NCBI GenBank assembly: GCA_041659805.1
Contig: JBAZXP010000001.1
Location: forward strand, 64,589 to 128,588
Length of the DNA: 64,000 bases
Source of the DNA: Microgenomates group bacterium
GTDB lineage: Bacteria; Patescibacteriota; Microgenomatia; Daviesbacterales; UBA10151
Direction of reading: 5' to 3'
This document shows positions 50,769 through 59,487 of the stretch, one piece after another. The position numbers and the translations under genes were made by a program. The notes below the pieces were generated by a model. That model ran no database searches, had not been told where the DNA came from, and was given only the letters and a program-made list of their open reading frames with translations. Numbering within the stretch: position 1 is the first letter of the stretch; the number at the start of each line of letters is the position of its first letter.

Positions 50769-52412
50769 ATGAATTTAAAAATCAAAACTATAATAATATT
50801 GTTAGCTTTTTTGATTTTTCAGCTAACTTCTCCTAAATTGACTTTTGCTCAATTAAATGAATGTCCTGCTGCTGGATGTGGTTCTTGCGCTCCGTCTGGA
50901 TATGCAGGTGATGCCTGTGGCTCTGGAACTGCTTCTTGTTCAGATGGTAATTGTAATTCTTGGTCTGAATCTTGCTGCTCTACAGGAGGAGCTGCCCCAC
51001 CCTCCTCGCCTGTAGTAGCTGGTTATTTAAAGGATTATTTTTATAACGTTTTACCTGGAAGAGAAGTAAGATGGACTGATAGTCTGGGAAACGTTCGTAA
51101 ACGATGGACCAATGCTAGCGGAGGATATTATTATTCTAGCTGGGCAAATATATCAGGAACAGATCGTTCCAATGAATTAACTGATGGAAGATCCAGCACT
51201 CAGGCCTATGAAGCATACACTGCAACCCAAAACCCCCATACACTTACCGGTATTTTACCATCAGGATGGTTAGGGGTAATGATTCCCTATTCAGGAACTA
51301 CAGCAATTCAATTAGCTGCTACACCTGACCCTACTTTAGTAGATTTATGGTATAAAAATACTCCTACTGCTTCCATTAATGGTCCTACTTCTGGTTATGT
51401 TGGGACAGCATATAATTTTGCAGCTACGGGTACTGGACCAGGGATAGGAAGGGTACAAATTTATTATGCTAATACAAGCGCTACTCTAAGCAATCCGGCT
51501 GCATGGACTTTGGTAAATCAAGTCAACAAGTGTGCTGCCGGCCAATGGCAAAATTGTTGTGACGGAAGCAGTACCTGTACTCTTTACAATGCTTCTTTTA
51601 CTCCTCCCGCAACAGGACAATATTATATTGCAGTAAATTCCTATGCTGATTATGTTAACCCAAGCACAGTCTGTTCAGGTAACCCCTGGATTGATACTGG
51701 CCAGATCACAGGTGTGGCTAGTTGTAATTGGGGCAGTGCTACTGATTGGATATTATTTACTGCTACCAACGCTCCTGTTGATGGAGGCTGGGGTGTAAAT
51801 GGAGGATGGAGTGCTTGTTCTGCTTCTTGTGGTGGTGGGACACAAACCAGAACTTGTAATAGTCCTCCTCCTTCTAATGGTGGGCTGCAGTGTTTAAAAA
51901 ATGATGGTTCCAGAGGCCTAACAGATACTCAGAGTTGTAATACACAATGTTGTGCTGTTAATGGTGGTTGGACAGCTTTTGGAGCCTGGAGTAGCTGTTC
52001 TCTAACTTGTGGTGGTGGGACACAAAGTAGAAGCAGATCTTGTACTAATCCTGCTCCTTCTTGTGGTGGGGCTGCCTGTAGTGGGTCTGCCACAGAAACC
52101 CAAGCCTGTAATACCCAAGCCTGTCCTGTTACTGGAGGCTGGGATCATCCAGAAGATCCTGATGGAAATCCTGCCACACCTGACTGGGGTCTGTGGGGAG
52201 CTTGTTCGTCTAGCTGTGGAGGTGGTACTCAAACCAAAACAAGATATTGTAACAATCCTACACCACAAAATGGTGGTCCAGAATGCAGGAGAGGTAATGG
52301 TACATATACCACCCCTGGAGACAGAACAGAAACAGCCTCTCAATCCTGTAATACTCAGGCTTGTTCAGCTTACCTCAAAACCACAGGTGGTGATGTTCAT
52401 GCTAATCAGTAA
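50769..52412 (+). CDS. secreted Cys-rich protein with three TSP1 repeats (paralog B)
   Basis: 547 aa with a signal peptide. The C-terminal ~270 aa are identical to paralog A (DNA identical over 671 bp). The N-terminal region is diverged but homologous (SPVVAGYLKDYFYN..EVRWTD.LGNVRK.WT). Confidence 0.7.
   Translation: MNLKIKTIIILLAFLIFQLTSPKLTFAQLNECPAAGCGSCAPSGYAGDACGSGTASCSDGNCNSWSESCCSTGGAAPPSSPVVAGYLKDYFYNVLPGREVRWTDSLGNVRKRWTNASGGYYYSSWANISGTDRSNELTDGRSSTQAYEAYTATQNPHTLTGILPSGWLGVMIPYSGTTAIQLAATPDPTLVDLWYKNTPTASINGPTSGYVGTAYNFAATGTGPGIGRVQIYYANTSATLSNPAAWTLVNQVNKCAAGQWQNCCDGSSTCTLYNASFTPPATGQYYIAVNSYADYVNPSTVCSGNPWIDTGQITGVASCNWGSATDWILFTATNAPVDGGWGVNGGWSACSASCGGGTQTRTCNSPPPSNGGLQCLKNDGSRGLTDTQSCNTQCCAVNGGWTAFGAWSSCSLTCGGGTQSRSRSCTNPAPSCGGAACSGSATETQACNTQACPVTGGWDHPEDPDGNPATPDWGLWGACSSSCGGGTQTKTRYCNNPTPQNGGPECRRGNGTYTTPGDRTETASQSCNTQACSAYLKTTGGDVHANQ
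51663..52333. repeat. 671-bp block identical to 48964..49634, copy B
   Basis: See copy A. Offset between copies is 2699 bp. Confidence 0.8.
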
Positions 52413-52656
52413 AATTTAGACACTATTTTCCCTCAAAATTTAACTTCCACAAAAACACATATAACTTAGAAAAAGTATGATATAATAGGAATAATCACTT
52501 ATTATAGGATAAACCTATGATGAGTTAATCTATGAATTTAGATAAAAGTTTGGACGGATCCGTACCAACTAAAACTAGTAACAGTACCCTACCACAGATA
52601 CTGGCGCTTAATAACATTACAGGAAAAACTCTTCTTGGTCAAGGGGGGAAACACTA

Positions 52657-53982
52657 ATGGCCCTAGAAGAACTGTCCCACCTGTTTCCAAAATTACCCTC
52701 AAAGAAGCAAAAAATTATAGGCCCAACCGAGCAGGAAATTGAGGAAGCTAATTCCGGTCAATATAAAGATGGAATAATTACCAGATTTATTAAAAAACAC
52801 CCCTATCTTTCAGCCATAGGCGCAACCAGTGCTGTTGCTGCTGTAGCTTATGAACTAGTACCAGCAATCCATCAGGAAGTGGACTCTCATGTTCAAGATT
52901 TATTTCAAGTTATCAATCTTGAAACTCCTGCTATTGCCGCTAATTCCCCTCGTGCTGAAAAATTACCAGCACCAGAAATGCTTAGCCCTGTAGAAAAAAC
53001 ATATGCAATGCTAACTGATATAAATCAAAAAATTGACTCAATTTATGAAATGAGAGAAAGCTGGAAAATAGGCACTCCTTATCACGTTCAAAAAGGAGAT
53101 ACCCTCACAAATATTGCCGAACAAAACAATACCACTGTAGATAAGATTATGAAATTAAATAAATTCAGTTCAACTAATCTTTTTGAAGGTCAAGTCTTCT
53201 CTATTCCCATTAACCCTGATCCCGCTCCTCATATTGTTACAGTTTTTAACCAGGCAAAGGCAGACTTGACTGAACTTGAAAAAATAAAAAAGGAAAAAGG
53301 AGAAAATTCAACTGAAGCAAAAACATTGGCAGCTAACATTGAAGCAAAATGGCATACTGCTCCGGCAAAATCTGAACCAGTTAAAACTCCCGAAATTATC
53401 GTTGACCCAAGTGTAAAAAATAGCGAGTTTATAGTTCCCCGTATCGAAAAGTTCAATAGCTATTTACTAAAAATTGGGCTCACAGTTGATAGAATTCTTG
53501 TTTTGCCTTGTGACCCATCTTTTCCCTACCCTATGGGTGCAAGAACATTTCCAGATAAAGGGGCTGAAGTCTTGGTTTATGAATATCCTGATTCAAAAAA
53601 CAAACAAGATCTGTGGACAGAAAGACGTTTTTATACAACTCTTTTTCATGAATATAACCATACCATGGATCCATATGAACCATACGCCGCCCGTAATTTT
53701 ACCCCTGAACAACTGGTTAATACTGTCTTTGAAGACACTCAAATTTCTAATGATAGCTACAAGGTTTACCCTGAAACTTCACGAGTAATGCTACATAGTG
53801 AAGCATCAGCCTGGGAGGGAGTAATTTTACTTACCACAAATCCTAAAGCTATATCTACCTCACCAGACAGAGAAATAGAAAAAAGAGAGCTTGATTATGC
53901 CAATAAACGACTTTCAATAATCCTGGAACCTGAAATAGCCTTCTCAAAAATAGGTGAAGAGCTTGGGGTACAACCTAATTAA
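52657..53982 (+). CDS. LysM domain protein (paralog B)
   Basis: 441 aa. LysM block YHVQKGDTLTNIAEQNNTTVDKIMKLNKFSSTNLFEGQVFSIP. Shares the STEAKT...IEAKWHTAPAKSEPVK segment with 45987..47093. Confidence 0.55.
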   Translation: MALEELSHLFPKLPSKKQKIIGPTEQEIEEANSGQYKDGIITRFIKKHPYLSAIGATSAVAAVAYELVPAIHQEVDSHVQDLFQVINLETPAIAANSPRAEKLPAPEMLSPVEKTYAMLTDINQKIDSIYEMRESWKIGTPYHVQKGDTLTNIAEQNNTTVDKIMKLNKFSSTNLFEGQVFSIPINPDPAPHIVTVFNQAKADLTELEKIKKEKGENSTEAKTLAANIEAKWHTAPAKSEPVKTPEIIVDPSVKNSEFIVPRIEKFNSYLLKIGLTVDRILVLPCDPSFPYPMGARTFPDKGAEVLVYEYPDSKNKQDLWTERRFYTTLFHEYNHTMDPYEPYAARNFTPEQLVNTVFEDTQISNDSYKVYPETSRVMLHSEASAWEGVILLTTNPKAISTSPDREIEKRELDYANKRLSIILEPEIAFSKIGEELGVQPN

Positions 53983-54029
53983 TTTTATGCTTTTAATCTT
54001 TTTTTAGAGGTTCCCACCGAATTCTATTT

Positions 54030-55163
54030 CTAAACTAATGTATTTGAAAAATCAAATTCTTTCTTAAACACTTTTTCAACGCTTTTAATTACATACTCAA
54101 CTTCTTGGTTTGTCATAGTTGACCAAACAGGCAAGCACAGGTGTGTTGTACAAAAATGATCAGCTTTGGGAAATTTTTTATTCTTAAACATTGTTTTAAA
54201 AATTGGTTGTCGGTGAATCGGTATATCATATACTCCACCACCTAAATACACCTGATGTTCTTGTTCCAGGGTCTTTTTTATCTGCTGACAAATTTTTGCA
54301 GTAGGAAATTGAACAATAAATTTATATCCACTTGGAATCATATGCTCTGAAGCTGTATAAATCCTGATCTGGTTATATTTCCCTAGTACAGAAGCATATT
54401 TTTTCATAATTTCATTTCTGCGTTTAACGAATTTTGCCAAATGTTTAAGCTGATGAAAACCTAAAACAGCCTGTAATTCACTCATCCTCCAGCTATTTCC
54501 CCAAGCTACGTTCTGCTTTGTTACAGGATCTTTTCCCTGATCTCTTAAAATTAATATTTTTTGATAATCATTTTTATTATCTGTAACTATCATTCCTCCT
54601 TCTCCGGAAGTTATAACTTTAGTCGGAAAAAATGAGAAAGCCGCAGCATGACCAAAATTCCCTGCTGGTTGTCCTTTTAAAGTTGCTCCATGAGCATGGG
54701 CAGCATCTTCAATTAAAAACAACCCTTTGCTTTCACAATAACTTTTCAAATCATCCAGTTCATTTGATAAATAACCTCCAATATGAACAAAGATTATTCC
54801 TACAGTGGAGATATCCACGGCATTTTTTATGTCATCCAAAGATGGATAAATTCCACCATCAACTAATTTAAGCTTACCTCCGGCAAAAAGCACAGCTGCA
54901 GCTGTTGCATAATTTGTATTCGTCTGAACTATTACTGTTTTTCCTTTAACATCCTTTACTCTTAACAATATCTCCAGCGCTGTAGTCCCTGAATTAACTG
55001 CTACAGCATACTTTCTTTTTGTTAATAAAGAGAACTGATCTTCAAATCTTTTAGTCATGTTTCCTAAACTCAATTGACCACTACGTAAAACATGCTTTAT
55101 GTCTGAAGCTATACTGTTGATGTCGGTTTCGGAAAAATGAATTTTTAGTGGAGGAACGTGCAT
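54030..55163 (-). CDS. DegT/DnrJ/EryC1/StrS-family PLP-dependent sugar aminotransferase
   Basis: 377 aa. AVNSGTTALEILL...IIFVHIGGY..ELDDLKSYCESKGLFLIEDAAHAHGA...SFFPTKVITSGEGGMIVT includes the typical Lys-containing SFFPTK motif. Confidence 0.8.
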   Translation of the reverse strand: MHVPPLKIHFSETDINSIASDIKHVLRSGQLSLGNMTKRFEDQFSLLTKRKYAVAVNSGTTALEILLRVKDVKGKTVIVQTNTNYATAAAVLFAGGKLKLVDGGIYPSLDDIKNAVDISTVGIIFVHIGGYLSNELDDLKSYCESKGLFLIEDAAHAHGATLKGQPAGNFGHAAAFSFFPTKVITSGEGGMIVTDNKNDYQKILILRDQGKDPVTKQNVAWGNSWRMSELQAVLGFHQLKHLAKFVKRRNEIMKKYASVLGKYNQIRIYTASEHMIPSGYKFIVQFPTAKICQQIKKTLEQEHQVYLGGGVYDIPIHRQPIFKTMFKNKKFPKADHFCTTHLCLPVWSTMTNQEVEYVIKSVEKVFKKEFDFSNTLV

Positions 55164-55176
55164 TTAAAAAAATATT

Positions 55177-56235
55177 CTATTTATTGTCTTTTTTCCAGTC
55201 CCCCTCAGCTATTTGTAATTTCTTTTTTAGAGGTTCCCACCATGCTCTGTTATCTTTATACCACTGAATTGTCTGTCTCATTCCTTCCTCAAATTCAACT
55301 TCAGGAGTCCAACCTAATTCGGTTCTTATTTTGGAAGAATCCAATATGTACCTTCTGTCGTGACCTGGTCGATCTTGCACATACTTTTTCATTGAAGCAG
55401 GTTGACCAAGTTCATTAAGTATAATATCAGTAATTTCTTCTACACTTTTTTCAATTCCGCTACCCACATTATACGTCTCGCCTATTTTTCCTTTTTGAAT
55501 TACTAAATCAACAGCCCGACAATGATCCATTACAAAAAGCCATTCTCTTCTATTTTGACTGCTGGTGTAAATTGGCACTTGTTGACCATCCATTAAGTTT
55601 GTCACAAAAAGAGGAATTAATTTTTCCGGAAATTGATATGGCCCATAATTGTTAGAACAATTTGTGGTCGTAACTGGTAATTTATACGTTTCCCAATATG
55701 CTCTAACTGCCAAATCCGAGCCTGCTTTAGATGCATTATAAGGAGTGCGCGGGCGGAGAGGTGAGTTTTCAGAAAAACTTTCATCAGAATCCAATGGTAA
55801 ATCACCATACACCTCACAAGTAGAAATATGATGGAATCTGGCTACTTTATTCTGACGGCAGACTTCAAGCAAAGTTTGGGTTCCAATAACATTAGTCTTG
55901 AAAAATACACTTGGGTTTATTACTGCCCAACTGTTATGACTTTCAGCTGCAAAATTGACAATTACATCCGGTTTGAATTCTTTGATTGTTTCGTCTACTA
56001 CCTTAAAATCTGCGATATCACCTTGAACAAAGCTATAATGAGGATTACTTTTTATGTCTGTTAAACTATCCAAATTGCCTGCATAAGTCAAAGCATCAAA
56101 ATTCAGCACGTCATCCTTAGGATATTTTTCCAACCAATATCTAATAAAGTTAGATCCTATAAAACCAGCTCCACCTGTAACTATTATTTTCATTCTTTCA
56201 GTCTCTAAATTCATATTTAATTCTTTTTCGCTCAC
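55177..56235 (-). CDS. rfbB: dTDP-glucose 4,6-dehydratase
   Basis: MKIIVTGGAGFIGSNFIRYWL...FDALTYAGNLDSL...FHHISTCEVYGDL...YNASKAGSDLAVRAY. Short-chain dehydratase with YxxxK and characteristic RmlB blocks. Confidence 0.85.
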   Translation of the reverse strand: MSEKELNMNLETERMKIIVTGGAGFIGSNFIRYWLEKYPKDDVLNFDALTYAGNLDSLTDIKSNPHYSFVQGDIADFKVVDETIKEFKPDVIVNFAAESHNSWAVINPSVFFKTNVIGTQTLLEVCRQNKVARFHHISTCEVYGDLPLDSDESFSENSPLRPRTPYNASKAGSDLAVRAYWETYKLPVTTTNCSNNYGPYQFPEKLIPLFVTNLMDGQQVPIYTSSQNRREWLFVMDHCRAVDLVIQKGKIGETYNVGSGIEKSVEEITDIILNELGQPASMKKYVQDRPGHDRRYILDSSKIRTELGWTPEVEFEEGMRQTIQWYKDNRAWWEPLKKKLQIAEGDWKKDNK

Positions 56236-56272
56236 TTTGTCAAGCTGTACTATATTTAGAAAAAAACCAAAT

Positions 56273-57487
56273 TTAGATAAAATACCGGTCAGAAATCTCC
56301 ATACCAGATGATTCTTTCAAATCCTCTAATACGTCTAGATCCATCTTTCTAGCTTGCAATGCTAGATTAGTAATAACATTTATATTATGGCGAAGACAAT
56401 ATAGTGAACAATCTTTCTCACAATTCAAATTTTTTATTACCAGTCTTCGTTTGTTACTTTCCCAAATTTCTTTTAAAGAGCTCTTCAAAATATCACCAAC
56501 CCTCAATTTTTTCGCTCCCCTCCAATTAGGACAAACATAAACACCGTGAGGAGTAATAAGTGGTACAAACTGTTGTGCTGCACAATATGAATATTTTTTA
56601 TTTTGGTTTAACATTTTTTTGTTTAGAGCTGCTGTTAATGATCCAGTAACTAAAACACTAAATTTATCTGTTTCTTCTTTTTGCGCCATAGATAACTCTC
56701 TCCTTATTTTTGGTAATAGTGCATCATTGTAAAATTGAATAATTCGTCGATTTGATTTTAAAGGAGTATATTCCGGTTTAAATTGAATAAAATTGCATCC
56801 GATTTTTTTTGCAATTTTAGTCGCTATACTGATATCTGAAATGTTTTCCTTCATAACAACAAAAGAAACACCAACAGTGCCAGATGCTGCTTTAGCTAGA
56901 CTCTTGGTGTTGGCAATAATTTGGTCAAAAAAATCCTTTCCATGCATCTTTTGATAAGTTATAGCAGTACCTGCATCCCAAGAAACTCTAGTCCAGGAGC
57001 ATGTCTTACCAATAATTGGCACAACTTTGTCTAATGCTATCCCATTGGTATTAATTGCATAATCTATCCCTAATTTAACTGTTTTTTCTATAATCTCGTT
57101 TATTCCGGGATGAATCAGAGGTTCTCCGCCCCCAAAATATACGATACTTAAAATACCCATACTTTTAAATTCATCCAAAAGATCCAACATTCTTTTTGTT
57201 GGAATCTCTTTCCCGAAACGGGCATATTTATCAATACACCAAGGACAATCTAGATTACATCTATTGGTTAAGTCAACTAATACTGCAAACGGAGGAGAGG
57301 AATAATCATCAGAGGCAAGTTTATCTATTGTTTCTTTAAGTCTTGGTCTTAGCTCATCTTGAAGTAACTTAGTAAGCAAGCTTTCTGTTGTTTTTCCTGA
57401 TTTAATTGAAATCTTAGGCTTATACATTATTACGGTCAAATGTGAGCACATGCTACTAAAAGCACGAACAAAAATCAACAATGACAA
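56273..57487 (-). CDS. radical SAM enzyme, probably with a SPASM-like C-terminal Cys cluster
   Basis: 404 aa. CNLDCPWC (CxxxCxxC) near the N-terminus. C-terminal Cys-rich region CPNWRG...CEKDCSLYCLRHN. Confidence 0.7.
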   Translation of the reverse strand: MSLLIFVRAFSSMCSHLTVIMYKPKISIKSGKTTESLLTKLLQDELRPRLKETIDKLASDDYSSPPFAVLVDLTNRCNLDCPWCIDKYARFGKEIPTKRMLDLLDEFKSMGILSIVYFGGGEPLIHPGINEIIEKTVKLGIDYAINTNGIALDKVVPIIGKTCSWTRVSWDAGTAITYQKMHGKDFFDQIIANTKSLAKAASGTVGVSFVVMKENISDISIATKIAKKIGCNFIQFKPEYTPLKSNRRIIQFYNDALLPKIRRELSMAQKEETDKFSVLVTGSLTAALNKKMLNQNKKYSYCAAQQFVPLITPHGVYVCPNWRGAKKLRVGDILKSSLKEIWESNKRRLVIKNLNCEKDCSLYCLRHNINVITNLALQARKMDLDVLEDLKESSGMEISDRYFI

Positions 57488-57536
57488 TTGTAAGATCGAG
57501 TTGAATTGGTTTATCTTACTGTGCTACATTTAAATT

Positions 57537-57923
57537 ATGCGAAAGCATGTTTTTTTTGCCTTTAGAATTCTGGTGTTCCTGCTAATACTACCTTTACTTG
57601 GAGTTGCTTTTGCCCCACCTGTTAAAATAAATGCTGCATGCGATACTGCTACCGGCTCACAAATTCAGGTAAGTGGTGGATTAATCTCTGCAATTAGTGT
57701 CAGTAATTTCAGTGCTTCTTCATCTGCTGATGTCAGCTGTGTGACAGGTGCTCCTGCAGCTATCCCCCAGTTTTCTATCCCAACTTACGATGATCCGAAT
57801 GATCCAAATAATATGATAAAAAATTATTTTAATCAGGCAAAAAGTACATATAATAAAAAAACTCTCCAAGGAGATCAAACCCAAAATTCAGCCAGCGATC
57901 CCATTAATTTAATTTCTTACTAA
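57537..57923 (+). CDS. small secreted protein (signal peptide)
   Basis: 128 aa. N-terminus MRKHVFFAFRILVFLLILPLLGVAFA followed by a Ser/Ala-rich sequence. Confidence 0.4.
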   Translation: MRKHVFFAFRILVFLLILPLLGVAFAPPVKINAACDTATGSQIQVSGGLISAISVSNFSASSSADVSCVTGAPAAIPQFSIPTYDDPNDPNNMIKNYFNQAKSTYNKKTLQGDQTQNSASDPINLISY

Positions 57924-57965
57924 AAAATGTTTGACTTTTAAGCTTGATTATGTCTACATTAAATT

Positions 57966-59483
57966 ATGCAAAAATTTCTGTCTAAATTAACACATAAAAC
58001 AATAATCCTAATGTTAGCCTTGATTATTGTAGGACTTGCTACTCCTGTAATTAACAAACAATTTAATATTGGTCCCAAATTAAGCAGGATGGGTGGTGAA
58101 GTTGCTGGAGTATTGATAGAAAATACCACTGAAAAGTTTTTGGGTACTGCCAACATAGTTGGAGCTGTAGGTACAGCCCCCTATCAAACAATAGGAGGTG
58201 AAGTTTCTATTGCAGGTGCGATACGTATGGATACCGGTGGATATATAATCGGAGAACCAACTTATGGAGTCAGACTTAATAACTCTTTAAACACATTAAA
58301 TTTAATCGTTGCTAAAAATGACGGAACTGTTTATATGCCCAGCGGTAAGGTTGGTATAGGGATAACTAGTCCAGGGTATCAACTTGATGTCAAAGGGGCT
58401 AATGATACAGAACTCATCTCTTGGAAAAATGCTGGTGGATACCTATTGGGCACTCTAGGCAGGGCAACAAATGGAGCATACAATTCAGGAGGATTACAAA
58501 TAAAATCAGATGGCACAACAACACAGGTTTATTTAACCGGTAGCGGGAACTCTTATATAAATCAAGGTAAATTTGGTATTGGAACAGCAACACCTACAGA
58601 CAAACTGAATATTAATCAGAATTGGTTTGATAACAGCACAACTGATTGGGGAGGTGGTATTAAAATGGAAGGAAACAATCCTACTATTGGTTTTTGGGAA
58701 ACAGATAATGGTGCCCATCGATGGATGTGGCATCTTTCTAGTGACATTATGAACCTTTATAGAAGACCTGTCGGAGGCGGATGGGAAAGGAAATTATATG
58801 TAGAGAATAATGGGAATGTTACTGCTACAAGTTTTACTGGTAATTTAAATGGTAATGCCACTTATGCTACCACAGCTGGTAGTGCTCCTGCTTCTGACGT
58901 ACCCTCACAATCAAAAAATTTGAATCAATGGGTAAACACTGATTCTGCGCCTACTTTTGCTTATCTAAATGGAACTTCAATTCTTACGGAACCATATTGG
59001 TTCCATCATCAAGGCGATGCAAATTTAGTTATAAGAAATAGGTATGATGGTTTTGTCATGTGGGCTGCGTCTTACACCGGCACTGCCTGGAAATCAGATA
59101 TCAGACTAAAGGAAAATATCAAACCGCTTGGTGACTCTCTGGATAAATTAAATCAACTCCAATCTGTTAGTTTTGACTGGAAAGAACATAAACCTGCTCC
59201 CTATCATGATAATGCTCCTTTAGGTTTTATTGCTCAGGAGTTAGAAAAAATATATCCGGAATTAGTTTATGAAGATAGTCTAACAGGTATGAAAATGATT
59301 GATTATGGTGGCTTAACCGCACCAATAATCAAATCTATCCAGGAACTGGATAATAAAATTTCGTATCTTTGGAATATGATAACCTCTGCTTCTGAAAGAA
59401 TAGATGCTCTGACCAAACAAGTCAACAGCCAACAAAACGAAATTAATGCCCTGAAAGCTGAAATAGAAAATTTAAAGAAATAA
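57966..59483 (+). CDS. tail-fibre-like protein with C-terminal intramolecular chaperone (Peptidase S74) domain and coiled coil
   Basis: 505 aa. N-terminal anchor. G.(V/F)GIGT..P..(L/K)(D/N)(V/I) motifs. C-terminus SDIRLKENIKPLGDSLDKLNQLQSVSFDWKEH...GFIAQELEKIYPELVYED...MIDYGGLTAPIIKSIQELDNKI matches the S74 consensus. Coiled-coil tail. Confidence 0.7.
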   Translation: MQKFLSKLTHKTIILMLALIIVGLATPVINKQFNIGPKLSRMGGEVAGVLIENTTEKFLGTANIVGAVGTAPYQTIGGEVSIAGAIRMDTGGYIIGEPTYGVRLNNSLNTLNLIVAKNDGTVYMPSGKVGIGITSPGYQLDVKGANDTELISWKNAGGYLLGTLGRATNGAYNSGGLQIKSDGTTTQVYLTGSGNSYINQGKFGIGTATPTDKLNINQNWFDNSTTDWGGGIKMEGNNPTIGFWETDNGAHRWMWHLSSDIMNLYRRPVGGGWERKLYVENNGNVTATSFTGNLNGNATYATTAGSAPASDVPSQSKNLNQWVNTDSAPTFAYLNGTSILTEPYWFHHQGDANLVIRNRYDGFVMWAASYTGTAWKSDIRLKENIKPLGDSLDKLNQLQSVSFDWKEHKPAPYHDNAPLGFIAQELEKIYPELVYEDSLTGMKMIDYGGLTAPIIKSIQELDNKISYLWNMITSASERIDALTKQVNSQQNEINALKAEIENLKK

Positions 59484-59487
59484 GGTT

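Noticed and set aside
57959-58733. Small antisense ORFs (57959..58156, 58533..58733) within the second fibre gene
   Set aside because: They are embedded in a well-supported longer ORF on the opposite strand.
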